Virus record (IMG/VR): IMGVR_UViG_3300037961_005793
Span: 1-64,000 of that record
Length of the DNA stretch: 64,000 nucleotides
Reading direction: 5' to 3' (one strand)
Source of the DNA: a virus
Below, one piece after another: positions 46,082 through 55,569 of the stretch. A program made the translations under genes and the position numbers. A model generated the notes under the pieces. The model saw only the letters and a program-made list of their open reading frames with translations, was not told where the DNA came from and searched no databases. Position 1 is the first letter of the stretch, and each line of letters starts with the position of its first letter.

Positions 46082-46290
46082 ACATCCAACTGAACTACGA
46101 TCAGATTCTGACTGTTACTCTTCCTGATGGTCAGACTGTCGAGATTGACGCTCGATCCCGTGCCGAAACTGACATTTATGTCAACAATCCGCATGGTGAT
46201 TGCTATGAGTCACTAAGCTTTGCAGAGTGGCAAGACGATCAACCTGATCCCTCTCTGTCTGCCACTGAACGTAACCCTAACCTCCGCTGA
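46078..46290 (+). CDS. Early hypothetical protein
   Basis: Ends DPSLSATERNPNLR. Confidence 0.65.
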   Translation: MNIQLNYDQILTVTLPDGQTVEIDARSRAETDIYVNNPHGDCYESLSFAEWQDDQPDPSLSATERNPNLR

Positions 46291-46292
46291 TC

Positions 46293-46577
46293 ATGACTCC
46301 TGAACAACGCAACCAGCTGATCAAGGACTACTGCTATGCAGCTGTGATGGATTTATCTGTCAACGAACTGTGCGAATTTGTCGTTGAGCTGATGATTGAT
46401 GGCTTTGCTGAAACCTCAGATGCAGATCTGATCAAGCAAGTGAAAGCAAACTATCCCGAAGTTTTCGAGGACAATGATGATGACGATGCTGATGTTGGCT
46501 CTGTTGTAATTAAATCTAAGCCTGCACCTGTTTCAAAATCTGCACCACCTTGGGCACCTAAAGGATTCAAGAATTGA
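46293..46577 (+). CDS. Early hypothetical acidic protein
   Basis: ORF track, TGATCATG context. Confidence 0.65.
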   Translation: MTPEQRNQLIKDYCYAAVMDLSVNELCEFVVELMIDGFAETSDADLIKQVKANYPEVFEDNDDDDADVGSVVIKSKPAPVSKSAPPWAPKGFKN

Positions 46578-46579
46578 CC

Positions 46580-46837
46580 ATGGATTTACAACAACGTTAC
46601 CAAGAGTATTTAAGTGACTTTGATCCCACGCCTCAGTATCTCTACGACGAACCTTATTCGCCGCTTGAGTATGAAGAATGGGTCGAAGAATCACACCCTG
46701 AGATGCTCACACAGTTGACTTATTCGCAACTGAATGATGCACACCATCAAACGTTAGTTGCTGATGCACACACTCCCATGTGGTGCAGATACTTCTACGC
46801 TTACCTGGAATTTATCACGGACAATGATCATGACTGA
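46580..46837 (+). CDS. Early hypothetical acidic protein
   Basis: MDLQQRYQEYL... Confidence 0.6.
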   Translation: MDLQQRYQEYLSDFDPTPQYLYDEPYSPLEYEEWVEESHPEMLTQLTYSQLNDAHHQTLVADAHTPMWCRYFYAYLEFITDNDHD

Positions 46838-47054
46838 CAAGAATTCTCCGCTGACTGTGGATGAGATCAGCAAAGCTGCTGATGAATTCTTTCCTCTCTT
46901 CAATGAGATTCTGACTCGTATGCCAGACGGTTCAAAGATCGAAGACACTCTCAAAGTTATGGAGAATGTCGCTCGTGTTGCACAGCGCAATCGTGCTGAG
47001 GAACGTGAGAAGTTTGGCTTTAACAAACTGAACGGAGGTAATGCTGATGGCTAA
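46830..47054 (+). CDS. Early hypothetical protein
   Basis: MTDKNSPLTVDEI...KFGFNK. Confidence 0.65.
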   Translation: MTDKNSPLTVDEISKAADEFFPLFNEILTRMPDGSKIEDTLKVMENVARVAQRNRAEEREKFGFNKLNGGNADG

Positions 47055-47235
47055 GAGAATCAAACGCATCATTATCACTCGCACGATTGTTTACGACCGT
47101 GTTGTATTTGATCAGAAGCAAGGTATCACCGACGACGAACAGTTTGTTCGATGGGTGAACGACGTTGCTGATGATGATTTCAAGTATCCATCTAATTTCA
47201 CAGAAGACTTTTCACTTCAACAATCAAATGGCTAA
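47047..47235 (+). CDS. Early hypothetical protein
   Basis: GGAGG RBS. Confidence 0.55.
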   Translation: MAKRIKRIIITRTIVYDRVVFDQKQGITDDEQFVRWVNDVADDDFKYPSNFTEDFSLQQSNG

Positions 47236-47920
47236 ACCAAACGGCTACGTTCTTCAGCGTGGTTTCTCTCCTATTGACGGGAAACCTTTCGTGGTGATCA
47301 TGACCATGAACAGCAACAATCGCAAGACCGGGAAGATGCTTCAGGTCTGGATTCTTAACGAGAGTGTGAATCCTGTGGAAGCTATCGCAACAGGAGCAGA
47401 CTACACAATCTGCGGAGATTGCCCACACCGCAAGCAATCTGACGGTTCACGCTCTTGTTATGTAAATGTGGGTCAGGCCCCAAACAGTATCTGGAAAGCT
47501 TACAAACGTGGTAGCTACGGCAACTTGTCCGACCTTGATCTGGCTGACATCAAAGGCAAGCGCATCAGGTGGGGAGCTTACGGCGATCCATCCATCATCG
47601 ATCGCTACTTAGTTAAAGCACTCAATAAACATGCTGCTGGTCACACTGGTTACACACATCAGTGGAGACAACCATGGGCACAATGGTGCAAAGGTTTGTT
47701 TCAAGCATCGTGTGATGGCATGGCTGACTACTTAGATGCAACAGCTCACGGCTGGAAAACATTTGCTGTGATCCCGCAAGGTGGTGAGGCATACAGTGGT
47801 AAACTCTGCCCTGCCACGGCTGACAACAGTCAGGCAACTTGTGCGACATGTAAGCTCTGCGATGGTGCCAAGACTGACATCTTCGTAGAGGCTCACGGGA
47901 CTGGCGCTAAGTACGTCTAA
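47228..47920 (+). CDS. Cys-rich gp88-like / radical-SAM-fold-like protein
   Basis: NRKTG, CGDCPH...CYV, RWGAYGD, GYTHQW, CP...CATCKLC...H. Confidence 0.65.
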   Translation: MAKPNGYVLQRGFSPIDGKPFVVIMTMNSNNRKTGKMLQVWILNESVNPVEAIATGADYTICGDCPHRKQSDGSRSCYVNVGQAPNSIWKAYKRGSYGNLSDLDLADIKGKRIRWGAYGDPSIIDRYLVKALNKHAAGHTGYTHQWRQPWAQWCKGLFQASCDGMADYLDATAHGWKTFAVIPQGGEAYSGKLCPATADNSQATCATCKLCDGAKTDIFVEAHGTGAKYV

Positions 47921-47980
47921 CCGTAGATCTCATTACTCTCTTCTCTCTAGTATTAACTTGGTTCAATTATGGGAATGATC

Positions 47981-48163
47981 ATGGATCTTTCTACAACAGA
48001 AGCTAACTTTCTTGCACATGCTGTTGAAGTTTGGTCGGGTGTCCAGCCAGGAGAGAAGGACGGCAAGCTAACCTACATCGACACGAAGGACGAGAAGATC
48101 TTGCTCACCAGTGACGAGATCGAATCCCTTTACAAACGACTCGAATTCAGGAGCTGCACTTGA
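47981..48163 (+). CDS. Hypothetical protein
   Basis: ORF track frame. Confidence 0.55.
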   Translation: MDLSTTEANFLAHAVEVWSGVQPGEKDGKLTYIDTKDEKILLTSDEIESLYKRLEFRSCT

Positions 48164-48372
48164 AACGCAACCACAGAGCTAAGACGGTTCTTTATATCCA
48201 GAAGCGCAGTTTTAACTCAGCAGGCAGGGTTCAAATTGAAACTGTCGCTGAGTGCAAAACTAACAAGGAGGCCATCAAACTTATCAACAAATTCTCCTCT
48301 GAGGATCCCAACGCAAAGTATTACACAATGCACCGTCCTTGTGACGCGTACATAAATCAAACCAACACCTAA
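48160..48372 (+). CDS. Hypothetical protein
   Basis: TTG start with AGGAG upstream. Confidence 0.55.
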   Translation: MKRNHRAKTVLYIQKRSFNSAGRVQIETVAECKTNKEAIKLINKFSSEDPNAKYYTMHRPCDAYINQTNT

Positions 48373-48378
48373 TTTCAA

Positions 48379-48657
48379 ATGGCTAAAACTTACAAACTTC
48401 CGATGTCTCGTGAAGACTGGCAGTGTTACTTAGACACACCGCAAGAAGTTGTTGATCTGATCAACACCAGCTGCCAGCGAGCACTCAAAGCATCACAAGA
48501 TCCGCACACAGGTCTACGCCGTGTTTACATGGTTCTGAATGACTTCGTGGAGTTCGGTCTGCGAGACACAGAGTGTGACCACGTTGCTGTTGCTGTGGTT
48601 AACGCACACTTCAAAGATCAACCTGACGTCAACAGGTATTCAGTTGGTTTCGTTTGA
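48379..48657 (+). CDS. Hypothetical protein
   Basis: FGLRDTE motif. Confidence 0.6.
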   Translation: MAKTYKLPMSREDWQCYLDTPQEVVDLINTSCQRALKASQDPHTGLRRVYMVLNDFVEFGLRDTECDHVAVAVVNAHFKDQPDVNRYSVGFV

Positions 48658-48667
48658 ACATCATCAC

Positions 48668-48697
48668 TTGACACCATCTGCATTTTGCTTTTATATT
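48668..48697 (+). promoter_or_regulatory. Sigma70-type promoter
   Basis: TTGACA-N18-TATATT. Confidence 0.65.
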
Positions 48698-48728
48698 GCC
48701 AACGTTGGCACAATCCCATCAAAACAAC

Positions 48729-48845
48729 ATGACCTTACGCTCCTGGCGCATCAGTGAGAACAACTTCGTGACGACTGACATCTACAAGTCACCACGCTTG
48801 CGTCACACTCTCGCTCGTTTCATTGCACGTTTGCTCCGTATCTAA
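48729..48845 (+). CDS. Small basic peptide
   Basis: MTLRSWRISENNFVTTDIYKSPRLRHTLARFIARLLRI. Confidence 0.5.
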   Translation: MTLRSWRISENNFVTTDIYKSPRLRHTLARFIARLLRI

Positions 48846-48847
48846 TC

Positions 48848-49024
48848 ATGAAACTAACTAAGTACGACATCAACTTGCTCATTCAGAAACTTGATGATGA
48901 TCTTGATGAACTGAGGAAAGGTAACTGGTGGTCAGTTGCTGCTGCTCAGGCACAGATCGTTGAGATTCAAAGCAAGTTGTACAACCATCTCGTGGAAGTT
49001 TTGGAGGAGGATCCAGGCGAATGA
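48848..49024 (+). CDS. Small hypothetical protein
   Basis: MKLTKYDINLLIQKL... (58 aa), ATGA overlap with the next gene. Confidence 0.55.
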   Translation: MKLTKYDINLLIQKLDDDLDELRKGNWWSVAAAQAQIVEIQSKLYNHLVEVLEEDPGE

Positions 49025-49431
49025 CAACTAAGATCGACGAGAAACTCTCAAATGCAATTCTCACAGGGTGTGATCTCAAGGCCAGCAAGTACCGAGTGGA
49101 TCACTTTAAGTTCCCTTGGCTACCTGAGACTGAGATACAATCTCGCATCGACATCTACTTCCAAGACAAACGCATCGTTGAGATAACTGACGAACACGTC
49201 AGGATGAATCACCAGGGCTTTAACACTCAAGCTTTTGCATCTCGCTTGCGGTGCATTTTCAAAACGGCTTGTGACAATCTCCACGACATCCAATATGGAA
49301 ACGGGAGGATCTATGTTAGAACACCGAGTGATGTAGAAGGTATTCAATACAACTTCTACTTACTTGATCAAGATCCAAACTGGGTCACAGTCAGACGCCC
49401 TTCACACAAAGAATCTAATGTCAACGACTGA
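49021..49431 (+). CDS. Divergent paralog of 45074-45409
   Basis: Colinear similarity, e.g. GFNTQAFASRL vs GYQTRTTKSRL. Confidence 0.65.
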   Translation: MTTKIDEKLSNAILTGCDLKASKYRVDHFKFPWLPETEIQSRIDIYFQDKRIVEITDEHVRMNHQGFNTQAFASRLRCIFKTACDNLHDIQYGNGRIYVRTPSDVEGIQYNFYLLDQDPNWVTVRRPSHKESNVND

Positions 49432-49621
49432 TGAGGTTTACACAGAGGCAATTCTGTTCATGCTCGATAGCATCGCGCCTACCGAACGCTTGAACATCAA
49501 GAATGATCTGAAGCTTAAGCTCGAACGAGCATACGAACTACAGCCTTCAACCCTTGCTGGACTGAAGGCTCTAGAACGTATTCTTTTGGCGTCAGACTTC
49601 TCACGCCAGCTCAGTGGTTAA
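49418..49621 (+). CDS. Hypothetical protein
   Basis: MSTTDEVYTEAILF... Confidence 0.5.
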   Translation: MSTTDEVYTEAILFMLDSIAPTERLNIKNDLKLKLERAYELQPSTLAGLKALERILLASDFSRQLSG

Positions 49622-49768
49622 CTTCACGTAAGGGACACCGCGATAGACGAGAACTTGTTCTTTGACCACAGCGTTCTCCATCATCATGCGGTCGAGTTGG
49701 TTTTTCACTTCAGCGCGATGGGCACGAGCCTTGTTGCGGTTGAGGTGAAGCAGGAAAGCAGCGTTCAT
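49601..49768 (-). CDS. DUF4278-like (YRG-motif) small protein
   Basis: MNAAFLLHLNRNKARAHRAEV...LVYRGVPYVK (55 aa). Confidence 0.65.
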   Translation of the reverse strand: MNAAFLLHLNRNKARAHRAEVKNQLDRMMMENAVVKEQVLVYRGVPYVKLTTELA

Positions 49769-49782
49769 GACGTTTGCAAACT

Positions 49783-49800
49783 GTAGTAATTGCTACTTTA
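49783..49800 (-). promoter_or_regulatory. -10 element overlapped by an NtcA-like box
   Basis: TAAAGT at 49795-49800; GTA-N8-TAC at 49783-49796. Confidence 0.45.
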
Positions 49801-49840
49801 ACACTGCACATTCTTCTTTGTAGTTCACTCTGTAACACAA

Positions 49841-50059
49841 ATGAACAACCAAAACCTATCACCATTTTTCACGTTTGGTCTCGCGGGACTGGCAGGATTT
49901 GTCCTTTGCATGGCAACCACGCGGATCATGGTTGAAGTAGCAAACTCGAAAGCTCGACAAGAATGTCGGGTCAACCATCATCGCAGATACATTTACATGC
50001 ACACTGTCGTCGGTGACACCTGGCACTGCGTACCTGCTCACTTCTTCCATCAAGAATGA
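49841..50059 (+). CDS. Small membrane-anchored protein
   Basis: N-terminal TM segment, two Cys. Confidence 0.6.
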   Translation: MNNQNLSPFFTFGLAGLAGFVLCMATTRIMVEVANSKARQECRVNHHRRYIYMHTVVGDTWHCVPAHFFHQE

Positions 50060-50385
50060 TGAAATTGTCTCAACTCATGCGAATTGTTGACGAGCACAAA
50101 CTTACACCGTCTGCGATGCGTTTGTTCTTTCTTGTCTGTGAAGAATATCCTGTGGGTGTTGACCAGTCTCAAGTTGCTAAATACCCTCCCACGCTCGGTA
50201 TGTCTGCATCTTCAATTGGACGACACCTTCGCAAGTTCGAAGAGCTGGGTTGGCTGAAACGGTCTCTCGTAGATAAGAAATCATTTCAAATTGATCTAAC
50301 TCATCGAGGTTTAACTCTGTGGCATCAATTCTCAGACTATAGTGTTCCCGAGATCACCCACGCTCACATAAATGATCCTGCCTGA
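50056..50385 (+). CDS. MarR-like winged-helix protein
   Basis: MSASSIGRHLRKFEELGWLKR...IDLTHRG. Confidence 0.75.
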   Translation: MMKLSQLMRIVDEHKLTPSAMRLFFLVCEEYPVGVDQSQVAKYPPTLGMSASSIGRHLRKFEELGWLKRSLVDKKSFQIDLTHRGLTLWHQFSDYSVPEITHAHINDPA

Positions 50386-50890
50386 TTTCGAAATTGCTCG
50401 TATGTGTTTGGGCGGATTAGTAACTCCTTTTGACTCGACACTAATCAACCCGGCATCACTCGATGTTCGTCTGGGCGACAAGGTTTTACTCGAAGTCGAA
50501 GATCAAAGAAACTTCAGAGCATTTGATATCTCTATTTACAACCGAGACACACCCTTTTTACTTGATCCAGGAGAGTTTATTTTGGCTCACACTCTTGAAA
50601 CTTTTAACGTCCCTGATGACGTAGCGGGTCAGTTTGCACTCAAAAGCTCAGTTGCGAGGAGCGGAATCGAACATTTGATGGCCGGTTATATAGATCCTGG
50701 ATTTAACAATAGTGTTCTTACGCTTGAGTTAAAGAACGCAAGAAGAAGTCATCCAGTGTTCTTGTGGCCTGGGATGCGGATTGGTCAAATCATTTGGCAA
50801 AGAATGGCAGCGACACCGACAACAAGTTACCGAGAGTCAGGTAGGTACAACGGAGACAAGTCAGTCACAGCATCAAAAGGACTTCTATAG
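50372..50890 (+). CDS. dcd: dCTP deaminase
   Basis: INPASLDVRL, KSSVARSG, AGYIDPGF, LTLEL, PGMRIGQ. Confidence 0.92.
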   Translation: MILPDFEIARMCLGGLVTPFDSTLINPASLDVRLGDKVLLEVEDQRNFRAFDISIYNRDTPFLLDPGEFILAHTLETFNVPDDVAGQFALKSSVARSGIEHLMAGYIDPGFNNSVLTLELKNARRSHPVFLWPGMRIGQIIWQRMAATPTTSYRESGRYNGDKSVTASKGLL

Positions 50891-51038
50891 GAGTCTCGTG
50901 CGAACGACGGACGGTCTTGAGGTATTTAATAGACCTCAGCTTATTTAACTAACGTAAACAAACGTCAATCGATGGTAAACAATCTCTTGTATAGAAAAGT
51001 TTTTTTATTAACACTTTTGAGTTTGGTATCTCATCACG

Positions 51039-51095
51039 GTATCCGTAGTTACATCCTGTAAAATGCTTGACACCAGCTAACTCCTGGCATACACT
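51039..51095 (+). promoter_or_regulatory. Strong sigma70 promoter with an upstream NtcA-like box
   Basis: TTGACA(51067)-N17-TACACT; GTATCCGTAGTTAC at 51039-51052. Confidence 0.7.
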
Positions 51096-51145
51096 GCTCT
51101 CAGTGACAAACCAAGTCACTCAAATGTACATCAACAGTCTTTTGT

Positions 51146-51559
51146 ATGAAACTCTCTGAACTCATCAACCGAGGTCACGACACTGCTCTTAAGTGGAGCG
51201 AGTGCGACGAAGCATTGGTGGCCGTAAACGAAACTTTCGGTGAGCCCTACGAGTCAGCTCGCAAAGCTCTTCACAACGATCTTTTGGTTGCCACGTCGCG
51301 TGAGATTCCTCTCGATACTTTCAAAGGAGATAACAATCCGCTTCGCTTTGAAGACCTCAAAGTGCTTGTGGTTGTAAAACCTTCGCTCGTACCCGCACCA
51401 GATAAGAAACTCGAAAACATCGACACAAGAATCGAAAGGCTCGAACAAGAGTTGAAACTCGCTCGAACCGAGCGCAAGTCGATCATCGAGAAGCTCAAGA
51501 TCAAAGATCATGAGTTTGTTATCAGTCAAATCAGCACACAATTCCGCCACATCAAATGA
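51146..51559 (+). CDS. Hypothetical coiled-coil protein
   Basis: First gene after the promoter. Confidence 0.7.
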   Translation: MKLSELINRGHDTALKWSECDEALVAVNETFGEPYESARKALHNDLLVATSREIPLDTFKGDNNPLRFEDLKVLVVVKPSLVPAPDKKLENIDTRIERLEQELKLARTERKSIIEKLKIKDHEFVISQISTQFRHIK

Positions 51560-52764
51560 ACCAAGATCAAGTTTTCATTCTTCACTGCTCGATCAGCGCA
51601 AGTGTTCGGCAGAGTGTACAGATTGCTTTCGAAGACTACAAACTTCCTCAGGATGTTGTAGAGACACTTCGGGAAGCTAACTCAATCTCGATTCGACCCA
51701 ACCTTTCTCAAGCACTTAAGAAATCACTTGATGAGCTTCGGCTCATGCAAAGATATCTTTACGACCGATGCACTATTCACCACGGTGATGTTCACTTTCT
51801 CCACGCTGATTATTTCGACGAAGCAAAGCAACGCATCGAAGAAATCAAGGAGCATGCATCAACTTCTAATGCCAAACTTCGTGAAGCGTGGGCTGAAGAA
51901 CTAGAGAAGTGGAAACAAACAGTTGATAACTTCTTCTCTCCTTTATTTACAGACGAAGAACAGTTAGCGTTGGTAAGAGAAGCGTATCTACGCATCTTCC
52001 CGACACAGAAAGAATACAGTAATCCTATTTCTGTAAACGTCGTTGGTCCTTACCCAGCTGTTATTGAACGTTGTGATGACCCGCAAGATGTTCAACAGAT
52101 TATCGCCAACGAAGCTTCGATAAATACTGAGCAGGTTCTCAAAGCCGCCCGAGAGGGAGCAGTTGATTCGAGTCTGGGTAAAATCGCAGAGCTTCTGGAC
52201 GATTTGGATGCACGCCCTGCAAACAAAGTAGGAGAGCGAGTGCTTAGCGATAACCCTAAGAAGCGGGGTACGTGGCAAATAATCGCACAAGAGATATCTC
52301 TTGCTGCTAAACACAATCCAATGCTCGTGGACATGGCGAAGCTTTGTGAAGACCTTCTCAAAGTTGGAGAACTTATGCGCGATCCGTCGTCTGGTTCAGT
52401 CAGAGCTGCTGCGTTTCAACGTTATACAGATGTCAGGCAAGACATCGCAGATGAAGCTAAGAACCTTATGCTCAAGGCTTCGTCATCTAAGGGTCTTGAA
52501 CAACTTCAAAAATCCGTTGCTTTGACTGGAACTTACCAGTCACTGATTGGAGACCTCGCTGGTTGTCAGACAGAAGAAGAGTTAACTCTTCTGAAAGATA
52601 AGATTGACACAGAAACATCTATCTACAAACACCGTGCGAAACATCTTTCGAGGCTTCTTCAGAAGGTTGAGGAACGAATGGCTTTATCTGACGCTATCGC
52701 CGACGCTACTGTTTCTCTACAGGAAGCCATCGACGAAAACAAATCGTTCGAGGTAGATTTCTGA
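51556..52764 (+). CDS. DUF3150-like helical protein
   Basis: 402 aa, helical; position upstream of AAA+/vWA; weak motif resemblance only. Confidence 0.5.
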   Translation: MNQDQVFILHCSISASVRQSVQIAFEDYKLPQDVVETLREANSISIRPNLSQALKKSLDELRLMQRYLYDRCTIHHGDVHFLHADYFDEAKQRIEEIKEHASTSNAKLREAWAEELEKWKQTVDNFFSPLFTDEEQLALVREAYLRIFPTQKEYSNPISVNVVGPYPAVIERCDDPQDVQQIIANEASINTEQVLKAAREGAVDSSLGKIAELLDDLDARPANKVGERVLSDNPKKRGTWQIIAQEISLAAKHNPMLVDMAKLCEDLLKVGELMRDPSSGSVRAAAFQRYTDVRQDIADEAKNLMLKASSSKGLEQLQKSVALTGTYQSLIGDLAGCQTEEELTLLKDKIDTETSIYKHRAKHLSRLLQKVEERMALSDAIADATVSLQEAIDENKSFEVDF

Positions 52765-52790
52765 GTCGACTTAGCTAAGTCGACTAAGCT
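52764..52790. repeat. Perfect 22-bp palindrome formed by a 14-bp-period tandem repeat
   Basis: AGTCGACTTAGCTAAGTCGACT (52764-52785). Confidence 0.85.
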
Positions 52791-52821
52791 CACCTGAAAC
52801 TAATCACCCTTCATCAATCAA

Positions 52822-54027
52822 ATGAACAACACTTTGTTTACCAACTTCCAGAGCTTTCGTGCCTCACTGAACGGATCGTTCCTTGACAGATCAGATGTTA
52901 TCGACGGTCTACTGACAAGCCTCATAACTAAACAGAATGCATTTTTGTTTGGTCCGCCAGGAACAGGTAAGTCTGAGCTGGTTCGTGCAATTACTGGTGG
53001 CTTCGACGGATCAAAGTATTTCGGGTATTTGCTGAGCCCAACCACAGATCCATCAGAACTGTATGGTCCTGTCGCTGTCAGCAAACTTCTCAAAGACGAG
53101 TACACCCGCGATGTTTCTGGTTATCTGCCAGATTGCAACGTTGCTTTTCTTGATGAGTTGTTCAGAGGTTCTTCAGCTGTCTTAAATTCCCTGCTGCAGA
53201 TCCTGAACGAAAGAACATTTAATAACGGCAAGCAAGCTATCGACACTGAGATACAGTCGATCGTCGCTGCGACTAACTCGTTCCCAACTGAAGAAGCACT
53301 TCAGGCATTTTGTGATCGCTTCTTGTTTCGTCCAACAATTACTGGGTTGAAATCACCTACACATAAACGAACGCTCATGCGTTGGGCGGTGGCTCAGGAC
53401 AACGAAAATAGTCGCCCTGAAGTTCAGTCAACTTTGACTTACAAAGATCTGGTTGAGCTTCAGAAACAAGCTGCGAAAACAACTGTGCCTGATGCTTTCA
53501 TCGATCAGTTTGCAGAAATCCTCGACATGTTGGAGTCACGAGGTATCTCAGTGTCTGATCGTCGACGAGTTCAAATTCTTTCTTTTATGAAAGGTTGGGC
53601 TGTCGTTCAGGGTGAGACAGAGGTCCACGCTGCCATGCTTCATCAGACCTTAAAACATATTATTTACACCAACCCTGACGAAATTGAAGACATCAATGAG
53701 GTCGTTAAACAAGTTGTTCCAACTGCGGAAGAGTTTATGGCTGGTGTTAAAAGAGCAGCTCAAAATACCATGCGTAGATTCGAATCGACTAAACAATCGA
53801 TCAACGACAGAACTGCCAGTGTCGGTGATTTAAACCGAGCAGTCACAGAGTTCGGAGACATGCTTCGCGAGTTAAAGTTACTGAACCAAAAAGCAGAAGA
53901 AGAGTTAGATAACGGCAACCTTAAATTCACCGCAGCTGCACGCCTTAAGTTCACCAAAATTATTCGTGAACTTGACGTCAATATCAGCACCATCACCACC
54001 ACCATCTCACGTTTCAAAAACGATTGA
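52822..54027 (+). CDS. MoxR-family AAA+ ATPase, RavA-like
   Basis: GPPGTGKS, ELYGP, GYLP..AFLDE, LNSLLQILNER, DRF, SDRR. Confidence 0.9.
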   Translation: MNNTLFTNFQSFRASLNGSFLDRSDVIDGLLTSLITKQNAFLFGPPGTGKSELVRAITGGFDGSKYFGYLLSPTTDPSELYGPVAVSKLLKDEYTRDVSGYLPDCNVAFLDELFRGSSAVLNSLLQILNERTFNNGKQAIDTEIQSIVAATNSFPTEEALQAFCDRFLFRPTITGLKSPTHKRTLMRWAVAQDNENSRPEVQSTLTYKDLVELQKQAAKTTVPDAFIDQFAEILDMLESRGISVSDRRRVQILSFMKGWAVVQGETEVHAAMLHQTLKHIIYTNPDEIEDINEVVKQVVPTAEEFMAGVKRAAQNTMRRFESTKQSINDRTASVGDLNRAVTEFGDMLRELKLLNQKAEEELDNGNLKFTAAARLKFTKIIRELDVNISTITTTISRFKND

Positions 54028-54029
54028 AC

Positions 54030-55565
54030 ATGCAAAACGAAACTATTCGCCTCAACACTGAGCCTCCTCTTGTTCTGAAAGTCGGGGCCATGACTGATTT
54101 TCTTTGGCCCTCTTTTGTTCGTGAGATGAAACCTCGCGTTCAATATCTGGCTGATCGGTTTGACATCAAACGTCTCTCACGTTTTGGAAAAGAACTGTTC
54201 GAGTTCCTCTACATGGGTGGAGACGTTGATCCTGTAGTGAGTCTCGACGCGGTAGAAGAATATTTTCGGGCTAAACAAGATGGACAAAGCGTTGAGTACC
54301 CACGCGGGTACAAACCTGAAAATGCACTGTGGCATTTGATTCTGGAGGATGTAATGAACAGTCCTGTGTATCACACAATGCAACGACACTGCCTTGGTGA
54401 TCACTTCAACTCAGGTAACAACGCAGTCAATATATTGAATGAGCTTGGTCAAGTAGTAGAAAATATGCTTGGCGAAGACACGGTTCTTACAGATGCTTTG
54501 GCTGAAAAAGGAGAGCAGCTGGAGCAGATTCGCTCTCAGTTCGTTGACGCTATGCAACAGGGTGACAGCAAGTCTGCTGCAGAGTTGAGAGCAAAAGGCA
54601 AGCAAATCGGTGAAGAAATGGAGGAGATTCTCAACGCTCTTCACAAAGGCAAGCAGGCAAGTATCCAGAAGGGTATCGAGAAAGCTCACGAGGATGCTGT
54701 TGACCAGCAAAACGCAATGTCGAAGCTGGCAGGCAATGGTGATGGTTTTGGTCATAAGCTCGACAACATCGATGACAAGATAAAACTTGCCAAGAAACTT
54801 CAAAGCAGCCGATTCTTACAGCTGTTTATCGATCGTCTTGGCGCTTTTAAAGCTGCTTGGACTCAACGCAAAAGGGAAAGAACAGTCAAATCTAATTATT
54901 CAAATATTGTTGGGGCTGAACTTTCCAACAACATCACTAAAACATTTCCGTCTGAGCTTGCGTTAGCAGCCACGGATGAAGGTAAGGCTCTTTTCGCCCT
55001 GAAGTATGCACAGAAAACAATGCTGTGCAAAGACTTCGAAGCGAAGAGTAAAAATGTCCAGCAAGGTCCTGTCGTTATGTACGTTGACGTAAGTGGATCT
55101 ATGCACGGTGATGACGAACTGTGGTCTAAAGCTCTCACTTACTGCGTGGTTGAAGAATGCACTAACAACAATCGTCCAATTTACGTGCGTCTTTTCAACA
55201 GTACTATTGCAGACTCAATCGATATCAAACCAAATACAAAAGACAGCGACGACCTTTTGAAATTTATTATGAAATGGGGCACATCAGGTGGCACTTCTTT
55301 CAATCGAGTGATGGTAGACGCTCGACAACTGAAACCAGAGATGACCAAAGCCGACATTCTCATCATTACCGATGGGGAGTGCGAGGTCGAAGACAGACAT
55401 GTGCGAGAGTTCAACAAATTTGTGGACTCTCATAAAATCGATGTGCGTGGTTTTTGTATTGGTAAGAAGTCAGAGTCGATGGAAAAGTTCTGTGATGAAG
55501 TCGTTCTTGTAAACACTTCTAACGACACAGAGATGTCTGAGATATTTCAGAAGGCAATCGGATAA
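54030..55565 (+). CDS. vWA-domain protein, ViaA-like
   Basis: MIDAS DVSGSM, GGTSF, DILIITDGE. Confidence 0.88.
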   Translation: MQNETIRLNTEPPLVLKVGAMTDFLWPSFVREMKPRVQYLADRFDIKRLSRFGKELFEFLYMGGDVDPVVSLDAVEEYFRAKQDGQSVEYPRGYKPENALWHLILEDVMNSPVYHTMQRHCLGDHFNSGNNAVNILNELGQVVENMLGEDTVLTDALAEKGEQLEQIRSQFVDAMQQGDSKSAAELRAKGKQIGEEMEEILNALHKGKQASIQKGIEKAHEDAVDQQNAMSKLAGNGDGFGHKLDNIDDKIKLAKKLQSSRFLQLFIDRLGAFKAAWTQRKRERTVKSNYSNIVGAELSNNITKTFPSELALAATDEGKALFALKYAQKTMLCKDFEAKSKNVQQGPVVMYVDVSGSMHGDDELWSKALTYCVVEECTNNNRPIYVRLFNSTIADSIDIKPNTKDSDDLLKFIMKWGTSGGTSFNRVMVDARQLKPEMTKADILIITDGECEVEDRHVREFNKFVDSHKIDVRGFCIGKKSESMEKFCDEVVLVNTSNDTEMSEIFQKAIG

Positions 55566-55569
55566 AACG

